NCBI GenBank assembly: GCA_045105515.1
Contig: JBGCDR010000391.1
Coordinates: forward strand, 1-25,434
Direction of reading: 5' to 3'
Length of the DNA stretch: 25,434 bases
DNA from: Oligoflexales bacterium
GTDB lineage: Bacteria > Bdellovibrionota_B > Oligoflexia > Oligoflexales > Bog-1112
The translations under genes and the position numbers were made by a program. Positions 8,039 to 17,141 of this stretch are shown here, one piece after another; the first letter of the stretch is position 1, and each line of letters opens with the position of its first letter. A model generated the notes under the pieces. It searched no databases and was not told the DNA's origin. It was given only the letters and a program-made list of their open reading frames with translations.

Positions 8039-9814
8039 ATGGCATTCTTAGCGAGGCTTTTTGTATGCTTAAGTTGGGTATCAATTCCTGCCTTTGCAGC
8101 GATGGCTGTAGTCACTCCTGAGCTTGTTTATCGCCATGTTGAAGACGGCGCTCCTGGTTCGGTGGATCCTATTAACATTAAGAATACCTATGCTAATTCA
8201 TTGGTTACTGCAATTCATGACACCTTGTTTGAGTATAAATATTTAAAACAGCCGTATGAGCTTAAACCGAGCCTCGCAGAGTCAATGCCGACTGTTAGTA
8301 GGGATGGTCTAGTTTACACGATCAAGATTCGACCTGGGGTTAGGTTTGCTGATGACCCTGCTTTTAAAGATGGCAAAGGGCGAGAGGTGGTTGCAGAGGA
8401 CTTCATATACTCTATTAAACGTCATTTTATTAAATCCAATCGCTCAAATGGTAAATGGCTTTGGCAGGGGAAAATAAAGGGTCTTGATAAGTGGGGCAAT
8501 GAGGCCCAAGACATGCAGAAGGCAGTTGAGGGACTAAAGGTAGTTGATCGGCATACTGTCCAGATTATTTTGGTGAAACCTTTTCCACAGTTTCCCTATA
8601 CTTTGGCCTTAGGATATGCTGCGATTATTCCATGGGAGGCAGTGGAAAAGTATGGAAAGCAGCTATCTGTTCATCCCGTGGGTTCGGGACCTTTTATACT
8701 TGAAAGTCTAACTTCTACCAAAGCAGTTTTACGGAAAAATCCAACTTATCGTAAAGAGATCTTCGATCTTCAAGCTCATGGCTTTGAGCTTTCAAAACAC
8801 GGTTCAACTGGTATAGAAGCGCTTGGAGGGAGGAACTTACCTTTGGTTGATAAGGTCGAGGTGAGTTTTATTAAGCAGCCTTCATCTCTATGGAATTCAC
8901 TTACCAAAGGAAACGAAATTCAGTATGGATGGGTTCCATCTTTACAACTAAATCATGTTTTGGCAAGCAAGAGTCCTCTGAAGTTAAAAAAAGAATTTGC
9001 AGAGAAATTTCACATGCGTGTGGCTTCGGACTTTGGGTATGTTTACTTGGAATTCAATATGAATGATCCAAGTATTGGCTATCATGATGATCCTAAACGT
9101 AATTCGCGTAATCATGCATTAAGGTGCGCTATCAGGAAAGGCTTTGACTGGCAAAACCGGATTGACCGTATGTATCATGGGATTGGTGAAGCTTTTCCTG
9201 GGATCATTCCTCCTGGTGTGGATGGTTTTGATCCTGCTTTATCTCGAGAATCGGTGGAACTTGATCCTGATGGTGCGAAACAGCTATTAGCTTCAAATAC
9301 TTGGAATGTACAAACCTTACCAATTCTTTATTATTCAGGAGTTAACTCAGTAGATTTTCGAAAATTCTTTGTGCAATTTCGCTCATGGATGATGAAAATA
9401 GGCTACCCCAAAGAAAAAGTGAAGCTAAAAACTTTTGCGACCTTCGGGGACTATTCTAAAGCGATCAAAAACGGATTGCTAATGACTCACTCCATGGGTT
9501 GGGGGCTAGACTACCCGGATGCTGAGAATGTCCTCCAGCTGTATTATGGGCCCAATAAATCTCCTGGATCAAATTCTTCGAATTTTGACAATAAGGAATA
9601 TAATAAAATTTATCGAAATGCGAGTGTTATGCAACCAAGCCCCCAAAGAACAAATTTATATAGAAAAGCGAATAAAATATTGATTGACGAATGCGTGGTT
9701 ATTGCTGGTTTCTCACGTACCAGGGTTCATCTTTGGCACAAGAACGTGTCCATGTATCCAACTCGTGAGGTTCTAGGTAACTATTTCAAATATGTTGGGA
9801 TAAAAGCTCAATAA
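8039..9814 (+). CDS. Peptide/nickel ABC transporter substrate-binding protein (family 5, OppA/DppA-like)
   Basis: Signal peptide (..IPAFA); DP...IHDTL...PSLAES...YTIKIRPGVRF family-5 signature; PVGSGPF; WGLDYPD. GGAGG RBS favours ATG 8039 over 8027. Confidence 0.9.
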   Translation: MAFLARLFVCLSWVSIPAFAAMAVVTPELVYRHVEDGAPGSVDPINIKNTYANSLVTAIHDTLFEYKYLKQPYELKPSLAESMPTVSRDGLVYTIKIRPGVRFADDPAFKDGKGREVVAEDFIYSIKRHFIKSNRSNGKWLWQGKIKGLDKWGNEAQDMQKAVEGLKVVDRHTVQIILVKPFPQFPYTLALGYAAIIPWEAVEKYGKQLSVHPVGSGPFILESLTSTKAVLRKNPTYRKEIFDLQAHGFELSKHGSTGIEALGGRNLPLVDKVEVSFIKQPSSLWNSLTKGNEIQYGWVPSLQLNHVLASKSPLKLKKEFAEKFHMRVASDFGYVYLEFNMNDPSIGYHDDPKRNSRNHALRCAIRKGFDWQNRIDRMYHGIGEAFPGIIPPGVDGFDPALSRESVELDPDGAKQLLASNTWNVQTLPILYYSGVNSVDFRKFFVQFRSWMMKIGYPKEKVKLKTFATFGDYSKAIKNGLLMTHSMGWGLDYPDAENVLQLYYGPNKSPGSNSSNFDNKEYNKIYRNASVMQPSPQRTNLYRKANKILIDECVVIAGFSRTRVHLWHKNVSMYPTREVLGNYFKYVGIKAQ

Positions 9815-9840
9815 ATCATTAGGTTTTTTTTGAGGGAATT

Positions 9841-10794
9841 TTGTACTTTTCTAGATACGTTGTAAGAAAGCTCTTATATGGTATTCCTCTTATTTTGGGG
9901 GTTACTTTTATCAGTTTCCTTTTGATGGTCTATTTTGGTCCTGATCAGACCTATACGCTACTTGGCAAAAACCCAACTCAAGAAGATTTGGATAATATTA
10001 GGCACCAGCTTGGATATGATTTACCCTTTTTTAGGCGCTATGCACACTATCTTTATGAAGTTTTTACTTTTGATTTTGGCTATTCTGCCTCAAGTAATGA
10101 GCTAGTTTTAGATATACTGGCAAGAACCGCGCCAGTTAGCATCTTGGTCTCTTTCCCAGGCTTTCTTTTTGGAAATGGAGTAGGAATTTGCTTAGCTCTT
10201 TGTGCCGCATATTTTCGTGGATTATGGCAAGACAAGTTGATTATGTTTTTTTCAGTAGCCGGTATGAGCGTAAGTTTATTAATTGTGATCATTGGTTTTC
10301 AAATGATTTTTTGCTCAAGTTATGGATTGGATCTATTTCCAGTACAGGGCTGGGAAGTACACAATTTTACAGATTATATTACTTACGTAACTGTGCCTAC
10401 GATGGCAACTAGTTTTGTCGCAATTGGATATAATACAAGATTTTTCAGGAGTGTTTTGGTTGAGGAAATGGAAAGAGATCATGTGAGGACCATGAAGTCT
10501 TTTGGTTTACATCCTATTTTAATAATAGTTCTTCATGTGCTTAAAAACACATTGATTCCCATTTTAACAAGAGTGATCTTCACGATTCCTTATGTGCTTA
10601 TAGGGGGATCGATTTTGATAGAAAGTTTTTTTTCTATTCCAGGAGTAGGAGGAATTACTTATGATGCAATTACCTCTGGAGATCTCCCGATTATGAAAGC
10701 AGTCGTGACTATTTCTACGTTGCTCTACGTGACAGTCCTTGTAGCTACTGATTTACTCTATCGTTTAGTAGATCCCCGAGTAGAGTTAAGGTGA
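9841..10794 (+). CDS. Peptide ABC transporter permease (OppB/DppB-like)
   Basis: GYDLP..RY..YL...FDFGYS, IESFFSIPGVG, DLLYRLVDPRV; multiple TM segments. Confidence 0.93.
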   Translation: MYFSRYVVRKLLYGIPLILGVTFISFLLMVYFGPDQTYTLLGKNPTQEDLDNIRHQLGYDLPFFRRYAHYLYEVFTFDFGYSASSNELVLDILARTAPVSILVSFPGFLFGNGVGICLALCAAYFRGLWQDKLIMFFSVAGMSVSLLIVIIGFQMIFCSSYGLDLFPVQGWEVHNFTDYITYVTVPTMATSFVAIGYNTRFFRSVLVEEMERDHVRTMKSFGLHPILIIVLHVLKNTLIPILTRVIFTIPYVLIGGSILIESFFSIPGVGGITYDAITSGDLPIMKAVVTISTLLYVTVLVATDLLYRLVDPRVELR

Positions 10795-11705
10795 ATTTTA
10801 TGTTAGATCCAGGTTTAGAAGAATTCAATTTTAAGCAAATTTCAAGTCGAGCTAAGGTTGAGTCCTTGTGGTCACTTGGATTTAGAAAATTTTGTTCAGA
10901 TAGAGTTGGTTTGTTTTCCCTCTTTGTGGTTGTAACTTACTTTCTTATAGCTTTAGGTGTGGGTCTTGGCCTTTGGGCAAATGAATGGGATGAGTTGCTA
11001 AATGATAATGGTTATGGACCTATCAGTGGAATATATTGGCTTGGAACCAACTTCAATGGACAGGATATATTTCAACGCGCCATTTATAGCACTTTTATAG
11101 CTTTTAAAGTTGGTTTGGTTGTAGCTACCTGTTCTTTGTCGATCGGAATATGTTTAGGTTCTATCTCAGGTTACTATAGTAATACTTGGATTGATGAACT
11201 GATAATTTGGATGTATGGTTGTTTAGACTCAATTCCTTTTTATCTTTTTGTAGCAGCTGTTTCTTTTGCATTGAAAGACAGTGATGCAGCTATGTATCTT
11301 GCTATGGTAGGTGTTCTATGGACTAGTTCTTGTAAGGTGTTGAGAGGGCAGGTCATTAAACTAAAGAACCTTGAGTTTGTTGAAGCTGCAAGAGCAATCG
11401 GTGTAAAAGATTACAAGATCATAATGAAACATATTATCCCCAATTTAGCCCCATTAATCCTAATTGAATTGAGCCTGTCTTTTGTTACTGCGATTAAAAC
11501 TGAGGCTATTTTGTCTTTTTTGGGTCTAGGAGTCAAAGAAGGTATTAGCTGGGGAGTAATGTTGTCAGAAGCAAGTGCTGAAGTTGTTGCTGGAAGGTAT
11601 CATAATTTTATTGCAGCATCTTTTTTCATGTTTGGTTTAGTGATGGCCTTTAATCAGCTTTCAGATGCTCTGCAAGATGCATTAGATCCAAAAAAGGTCA
11701 CTTAA
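10791..11705 (+). CDS. Peptide ABC transporter permease (OppC/DppC-like)
   Basis: WLGTNFNGQDIF, EFVEAARAIG EAA loop, EAILSFLGLG, DALQDALDPK; GTGA overlap with the upstream permease. Confidence 0.93.
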   Translation: MNFMLDPGLEEFNFKQISSRAKVESLWSLGFRKFCSDRVGLFSLFVVVTYFLIALGVGLGLWANEWDELLNDNGYGPISGIYWLGTNFNGQDIFQRAIYSTFIAFKVGLVVATCSLSIGICLGSISGYYSNTWIDELIIWMYGCLDSIPFYLFVAAVSFALKDSDAAMYLAMVGVLWTSSCKVLRGQVIKLKNLEFVEAARAIGVKDYKIIMKHIIPNLAPLILIELSLSFVTAIKTEAILSFLGLGVKEGISWGVMLSEASAEVVAGRYHNFIAASFFMFGLVMAFNQLSDALQDALDPKKVT

Positions 11706-11707
11706 GA

Positions 11708-12694
11708 ATGAAAGAACAAGTTCAAGAAACAGTACTCGAAATTAGAAATCTAAAGATAAAATTTAACACCGAACATGGCCCCGTCTTTCCGGTGGATGAT
11801 GTTTCATTTACTCTAAATTCAGGTGAGGTCCTTGGTATTGTTGGGGAGTCTGGATGTGGAAAGACCTTAACTGCTCTTTCTTGTTTAAATCTAGTACCTA
11901 ATCCTGGAAATATTGAAACAGGAAAGGTGATCTTGAACGGTGAGAATATCTTAGATTACTCGGAGAAAAAGATTAGGAAAATCAGAGGTAGCAAGATCTC
12001 AATGGTATTCCAAGAGCCCATGACTGCCTTGAATCCGGTCTATCCTATTGGTTGGCAATTATCCAGTATAATTAGCATGAACAGAAAAGTCTCAAAGAAA
12101 CGTGCAAGAATATTGGCTGTAGAATTTCTCATTGCCATGGGGATCCCCCAAGCTGAGGAAAGATTAAGAGATTTTCCTCATCAACTTTCGGGTGGAATGC
12201 GACAAAGAGTATTGATAGCATTAGCCCTCGCTTGCAAGCCGCAAGTCCTTGTTGCTGATGAACCTACTACTGCACTTGATGTTACAACTCAATCCGTTAT
12301 TCTTGAAAATATTAGGCAGATTCAAGCTGAAGCGAAAATGGCTACCATTCTTGTGACTCACGATCTTGGTGTGGTTTCGGAGTTATGTCAGTCTGTCTTA
12401 GTAATGTATTGTGGGCAAGTTATTGAAAAAGCACCAGCTCAGCAAATATTCTCATCACCTAAACACCCATATACAGTTGGTTTATTGAACTCTATTCCGC
12501 AGGTAAGAGAGAAGCCTTTAGATAGACTGTCGACCATTGAAGGGACAGTTCCAAATCTGTATGAGTTAACAAGAGGATGCCGATTTGCAAATCGTTGTAC
12601 TCAGTCTCGTAGTAGGTGCTTGAATGAAGAGCCGCTTTTGGAGGCAAAAGGAGGACACGCAGTTGCTTGTTTTTATCCAAAGGGGCTAGAATGA
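11708..12694 (+). CDS. Peptide ABC transporter ATP-binding protein (OppD/DppD-like)
   Basis: GESGCGKT, LSGGMRQR, ADEPTTALD, HPYT and the C-terminal Cys motif of the oligopeptide ABC domain. Confidence 0.95.
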   Translation: MKEQVQETVLEIRNLKIKFNTEHGPVFPVDDVSFTLNSGEVLGIVGESGCGKTLTALSCLNLVPNPGNIETGKVILNGENILDYSEKKIRKIRGSKISMVFQEPMTALNPVYPIGWQLSSIISMNRKVSKKRARILAVEFLIAMGIPQAEERLRDFPHQLSGGMRQRVLIALALACKPQVLVADEPTTALDVTTQSVILENIRQIQAEAKMATILVTHDLGVVSELCQSVLVMYCGQVIEKAPAQQIFSSPKHPYTVGLLNSIPQVREKPLDRLSTIEGTVPNLYELTRGCRFANRCTQSRSRCLNEEPLLEAKGGHAVACFYPKGLE

Positions 12695-13671
12695 AACAAA
12701 GTGAATCGTCTTTGATACGTGTGCAAAACTTAAAGAAATATTTTCCACTAAAGAGGTTTTTTTGGCAACAAAAAAGATTTTTACGAGCGGTAGACGGAGT
12801 AAGTTTTAAAATTGCTAGAGGTGAAATTTATGGACTAGTAGGTGAGTCAGGTTGCGGAAAATCCACGCTTGGTCGTTCAATCTTGCAACTAAACACACCT
12901 TCAGCTGGGAAGGTTTTTTTCGAAGATACAGAACTTACTTCTCTCAAAAAGTCTAAGCTAATGGCATTTAGGCAGAATATGCAGGTAATCTTTCAAGATC
13001 CATATAGTTCATTGAATCCAAGAATGACAGTCTTACAAATCATTCGTGAACCTTTGGATACTCACAAGATTGGGACGAAAGAGGAAAGATTGAATCAGGT
13101 TGAATCATTAACTGAGCTAGTAGGCCTTTCAAAACAAGCTTTAGCACGGTATCCGCACGAATTTTCTGGAGGGCAGAGGCAACGGATAGGGATTGCGAGA
13201 GCTTTGACTCTCAATCCCCGATTTATCGTTGCTGATGAGCCAGTATCAGCACTTGACGTTTCCGTACAAGCCCAGGTATTAAATCTTATTGCCGATGTTC
13301 GTAAACAGTTTGGTATTTCTTTTTTATTTATTGCTCACGATTTAGCAGTGGTACAGCATATAAGTCATCGCGTTGGGATAATGTATATGGGTAAAATCGT
13401 CGAAGAGGCCAATTCTGAAGAAATTTACCTGCATCCTAAACACCCATACACACAAGCTTTATTAGCTGCAATTCCTAAAATAGGATCTAAGCATCCCATA
13501 AAAAGGAAGGTCTTGACAGGGGAAGTCGCATCACCTATCAACTCCCCGGGTGGATGTAGCTTTCATCCTCGTTGTCCCCATGCTATGGATATATGTAGGA
13601 AGCAAGAGCCCCAGAGAGTTAATGCCGGTAGTAGGCAAAAGCCGCATTTTGTGGAATGTCATTTAAACTGA
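12691..13671 (+). CDS. Peptide ABC transporter ATP-binding protein (OppF/DppF-like)
   Basis: GESGCGKST, FSGGQRQR, DEPVSALDVSVQAQ, HPYT, GCSFHPRC. ATG 12691 has an AGGGG RBS and an ATGA overlap with the upstream stop. Confidence 0.95.
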   Translation: MKQSESSLIRVQNLKKYFPLKRFFWQQKRFLRAVDGVSFKIARGEIYGLVGESGCGKSTLGRSILQLNTPSAGKVFFEDTELTSLKKSKLMAFRQNMQVIFQDPYSSLNPRMTVLQIIREPLDTHKIGTKEERLNQVESLTELVGLSKQALARYPHEFSGGQRQRIGIARALTLNPRFIVADEPVSALDVSVQAQVLNLIADVRKQFGISFLFIAHDLAVVQHISHRVGIMYMGKIVEEANSEEIYLHPKHPYTQALLAAIPKIGSKHPIKRKVLTGEVASPINSPGGCSFHPRCPHAMDICRKQEPQRVNAGSRQKPHFVECHLN

Positions 13672-13698
13672 TACCTAGAACGACATAAAGAGGTAAAC

Positions 13699-13965
13699 GT
13701 GGATCTTCAAACAATTTTTAAAGAGCTAAATTTAAGCCAAGAGCAAGTTACTGAATTGACTGAGACAGTAAAAGTTAATCCGATGGCGGCTCTGGGTCTG
13801 GTTCAGAAGTACAAAATTAATCCAGAAGTTATTCAGAAGTTAATTAGTTTTCTGATGGCTAATCCAGAGGCCTTACAGGGAGCGGCAGAAAAAATCGGTG
13901 TTTCTAAAAACATTGTCGAACAAGTTCAAAATCAAATGAGTCAGAATAACAAAGATGAGAGCTGA
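13699..13965 (+). CDS. Small helical protein resembling the DUF2999 family
   Basis: AGAGG RBS and GTG start. NPMAAL...LMANPEAL pattern recalled from DUF2999; family not verified by search. Confidence 0.65.
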   Translation: MDLQTIFKELNLSQEQVTELTETVKVNPMAALGLVQKYKINPEVIQKLISFLMANPEALQGAAEKIGVSKNIVEQVQNQMSQNNKDES

Positions 13966-14080
13966 TGATGGTGTTAGCTTGTCCTCTCGGATGGCTGAAT
14001 AAAGTTGATCTTAGTTCGAATAGTTAATTCCAGCTCAACCACATGTCTTGCTTTTGTTATATGAATATTAAGAGGAAGAA

Positions 14081-14236
14081 ATGCCTTTAAAACAAATAGC
14101 TCTTAAGAAGAGTCAAGCTTGTATTGCTAGAATGCTTCTCAGATGTACTTATTCAGGACGAAATGAAAAGTTAGATGTCTCTCTTGCTTTGAGGCGCTGG
14201 CGTAAGAAGGAAAAGACAAAGAGCTTGAGCTCTTAA
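14081..14236 (+). CDS. Possible small basic protein (51 aa), below the ORF-track cutoff
   Basis: AGAGGA 4 nt before ATG; MPLKQIALKKSQACIARMLLRCTYSGRNEKLDVSLALRRWRKKEKTKSLSS; fills an otherwise empty 380-bp gap. Confidence 0.35.
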   Translation: MPLKQIALKKSQACIARMLLRCTYSGRNEKLDVSLALRRWRKKEKTKSLSS

Positions 14237-14295
14237 ACATTCTATTAAGTGCTGGCAAATTTGTTAGCTATCCTTACCTCTATTAAAAATTCGTT

Positions 14296-14323
14296 TAAAG
14301 CTTAGAACGATCTCTTCCGATAT
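14296..14323 (+). promoter_or_regulatory. Sigma-28 (FliA/SigD)-type promoter
   Basis: TAAA-N16-TCCGATAT, ending 21 nt before the ATG of the LRR lipoprotein; consensus is TAAA-N15/16-GCCGATAA/T. Confidence 0.6.
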
Positions 14324-14344
14324 CGCTGCTGTCGGAGGAATTTT

Positions 14345-15118
14345 ATGAACTCATTTAGTGTCTTATCGATCCATTGTATTTTACTTTTGAGTGCGTGTCT
14401 GCATCGTAAGGTTATAGAGAAGGATCAGCCTTTCTATACAACAGGTCCAGAACATGAGCAACTTATCTCCAGAAGGGAGGCCTGTATGCAAGAAGGTGGG
14501 CAATGGCGTCGGGGAATTTGTTCAAAAGAGTTTTCTTACCTAGCAAAAGAAAACCTTTGTCTTGAGCAGTCCAAAGATTTGGTTTGGGACGGTGATAAAT
14601 GCTCTGAGCGAACTAAAAAAGCAAACTTTTATCGCCTTTGTAAAGAATCTTCAGATGTGAGCATTAGAAAGTTTATAAATGTGATTCGGTTTGTCCTCGG
14701 TGAAGAAACTTGTGAAGGTGCATATGCACAGCTAAAAATAACGAAAAAATTAAAATTAGAGTTCCATCAACTTTCAAATATCGAACCCCTGAATACACTC
14801 AATCATTTTGAGTTCTTGAGTTTAAAAGGGAATCGTATTGTCGATTTATCGACTTTGCAAGGAATGTATGGTTTGAAGCACTTGAACCTTGACAATAACA
14901 AAATTACAGATATTTCTGATATCGCAAATTTAAGAAATCTCGAATATATTTCCTTAAAAAATAATCCAGTTTCTGATCTAACGCCTTTAGCAAATTTAGA
15001 GAATCTTAAAAAGATAGAGATCGAATATACCAAGATACTTGAAAAGCCTAGCTGCCCAGAACATGCCAAATCTTCAGTTTTATCAGAACTTTGTATGCAG
15101 TTGAAAATCAATAAATAA
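14345..15118 (+). CDS. Leucine-rich repeat (internalin/SDS22-like) lipoprotein with a Cys-rich N-terminal region
   Basis: GGAGG RBS; lipobox LSAC; 22-aa repeats LxLxxNxIxDLxxLxxL (about 4-5); two C-x6/7-W-x4-C units near the N-terminus. Confidence 0.85.
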   Translation: MNSFSVLSIHCILLLSACLHRKVIEKDQPFYTTGPEHEQLISRREACMQEGGQWRRGICSKEFSYLAKENLCLEQSKDLVWDGDKCSERTKKANFYRLCKESSDVSIRKFINVIRFVLGEETCEGAYAQLKITKKLKLEFHQLSNIEPLNTLNHFEFLSLKGNRIVDLSTLQGMYGLKHLNLDNNKITDISDIANLRNLEYISLKNNPVSDLTPLANLENLKKIEIEYTKILEKPSCPEHAKSSVLSELCMQLKINK

Positions 15119-15248
15119 AAAAATAGTGCTGTATAAACCGCTTAAAAACACTGTTTACATTTCTCAATTTATTTTGTACTTTTTTTTAAAAAACCTTAAA
15201 GTACTGGTATGCAGCGGCCTATTTTTCAACACCATTTCTGGAACGATT

Positions 15249-16292
15249 ATGAGCAAAAAGTATCAAGCAATTTTTCTATTGTTTTCTTTACATATATTTG
15301 AATTTCAGAATTTGTTTGCCGGCAATATGGAAATCAATAGAAGGAGTTTAAAAAATTACCTTTCAGAGTTGGGAATTGACCAGAAACAACTTCCTATCTG
15401 TGAATTTCAAACAAAAAATTTATGCCAAAACAAGGGGGCCGGAGGGCATAGTGCTACAATATTTTCCACAAAGGGTGGCTACTGTGCTAAAAAAATTCAC
15501 AGTTTTTATACCGTAAAAGAGATTGAATTTTATTTATTAGCTCGAGACTACTGTCAAATTAATGGAGGCAGAAATAATATTTGCAAGTTTTTTCCTGGTT
15601 ACGCAGGTTTGTGCAGATATAATAGGCAAATCTATTTGCAGATGCAGAACTTGAAGGAATTTTCAGAGAAAGAGAAAAATACTGGAGGCTTAGTAGATGC
15701 TTGGGCTTTAGATCTTAAAATAGGGAAAAAAACGGCATCTCTTAGCTCGATGAAGCGTTCCAAGACGGATATATTTCAGCAGTTTTTCTGGATCAGTTTG
15801 CATTATTTTCAGGATCACTATTTCACTTCATCAGAAAGAGTTGGATTTCGTTTTGCTGGATTGTCTTCTGGTATTGATTCACCGATAGGAGCGTATAGAT
15901 TTTTTGGGAAAGTGGGTTATTTTCAAAATCCCAGAAAAATTATCGAAGGATTTCTTGATGGAGATAAATTCCCCTCCATAGCCCAATGTTTTGCTGATAA
16001 ACTTAAATACTTATATTTTGCTCTACAAGATGAAGATATGGTGAAATTTCAATTGATAGGATCATCTCTTTTACTTGTTTATGATCATAACAGTATTAAG
16101 GCAAGTCCCGCTGCCTGTAGCGTTCATATGATTGATTTTGCGAACTCCTTTATGATTAAAGATGATGAAAAAGACATTTTAGATAGCAATTTGAAACATG
16201 TTATTGGTTATAGAAAAGGTGTTGAAAATCTATTGATAGAATTTTCAGATTATTTTAGTCTTTTAGAAAAAACATATCAAAGAAAAAAATAA
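15249..16292 (+). CDS. Inositol polyphosphate kinase (IPK/IP6K/IPMK superfamily) with a predicted Sec signal peptide
   Basis: In order: GAGGH, KEIEFY, FFPGYAG, YLQMQNL, LDLKIGKKT (DxKxG), TSSERVGFRFAG, GSSLLLVYD, MIDFAN, GYRKGVENL. ATG 15249 gives a signal-like N-terminus MSKKYQAIFLLFSLHIFEFQNLFA; the track uses an upstream GTG at 15126. Confidence 0.85.
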   Translation: MSKKYQAIFLLFSLHIFEFQNLFAGNMEINRRSLKNYLSELGIDQKQLPICEFQTKNLCQNKGAGGHSATIFSTKGGYCAKKIHSFYTVKEIEFYLLARDYCQINGGRNNICKFFPGYAGLCRYNRQIYLQMQNLKEFSEKEKNTGGLVDAWALDLKIGKKTASLSSMKRSKTDIFQQFFWISLHYFQDHYFTSSERVGFRFAGLSSGIDSPIGAYRFFGKVGYFQNPRKIIEGFLDGDKFPSIAQCFADKLKYLYFALQDEDMVKFQLIGSSLLLVYDHNSIKASPAACSVHMIDFANSFMIKDDEKDILDSNLKHVIGYRKGVENLLIEFSDYFSLLEKTYQRKK

Positions 16293-16308
16293 TTTTCTTC
16301 TCCTACTA

Positions 16309-17127
16309 TTACGATCTTTGCCTTAGTGCTTCATATAGTAGAGTCGCACCTGCGACCGATACATTAAGGGAGTCGGCAATTCCAAGCATAGGAATTGCAA
16401 TTTCTTGATCACATATTTCAACAGTGTTCTGACTCAATCCATGGGCTTCATTTCCTAAAAAAAATGCGCATGATTTGGTGTAGCACATTTCCGTATAATT
16501 CTTAGATTTTTTACTCAAAGAGGCTGCAAATGACTCGAAATTATAATTTCTTAGAAAATCCTGGAGATCTAAAATATTTGTCTGAATTAAAGGAGTAGAA
16601 AATATTGTTCCTAAACTTGAACGAATTACTTGAGGATTAAATGGATCACAACAGTCATTTAAGGTAATTACTCCTGAAGCACCAGCACCATCCGCAGACC
16701 TCAAGAGAGCTCCAAGATTTCCTGGTTTCTCGATGCCTTCAAGAACCAAAATGAGAGGATGGCCTTTGAGAGGGATGCAGTCTTCCAAATTCTTGTGTTT
16801 ACTTGAAAATACGGTGTAAATTCCATCCGTTTTTTCACGAATCGCAATCTTCTCGAAACACTTTTCATCAATTTCAAAACATGAAAGATTGCTGTTTTTG
16901 ATAAATTCATCGACGAGATTTTTTGCTTCTTCTGAAAAAAGAGGAGGACAGAGATAACACTCTACAAGGGAGTAAGAACAATCTAAAGCTCTCTTAATCT
17001 CTCTTGCACCCTCAACACCAAATTTTCCCTGTTCCTCTCGATGTTTGCGTTTTTGCAAGTATAGTAAATTTTTTATACGAGGGTTCTTGACACTAGTGAT
17101 TTTTTGGAAAGGTTTAATCTGTTCCAT
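16309..17127 (-). CDS. TrmH/SpoU-family (SPOUT) RNA 2'-O-methyltransferase
   Basis: ITSVKNPRIK, EKPGNLGALLRSADGAG, LGNEAHGL, IPMLGIADSLNVSVA. Confidence 0.95.
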   Translation of the reverse strand: MEQIKPFQKITSVKNPRIKNLLYLQKRKHREEQGKFGVEGAREIKRALDCSYSLVECYLCPPLFSEEAKNLVDEFIKNSNLSCFEIDEKCFEKIAIREKTDGIYTVFSSKHKNLEDCIPLKGHPLILVLEGIEKPGNLGALLRSADGAGASGVITLNDCCDPFNPQVIRSSLGTIFSTPLIQTNILDLQDFLRNYNFESFAASLSKKSKNYTEMCYTKSCAFFLGNEAHGLSQNTVEICDQEIAIPMLGIADSLNVSVAGATLLYEALRQRS

Positions 17128-17141
17128 AAAGACCTTTTTGT

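Noticed and set aside
14156..14215. GRNEKLDVSLALRRWRKKEK resembling the ribosomal protein bS21 N-terminus
   Set aside because: The similarity is short and at the wrong end of the ORF, and the conserved YEKP region is absent.
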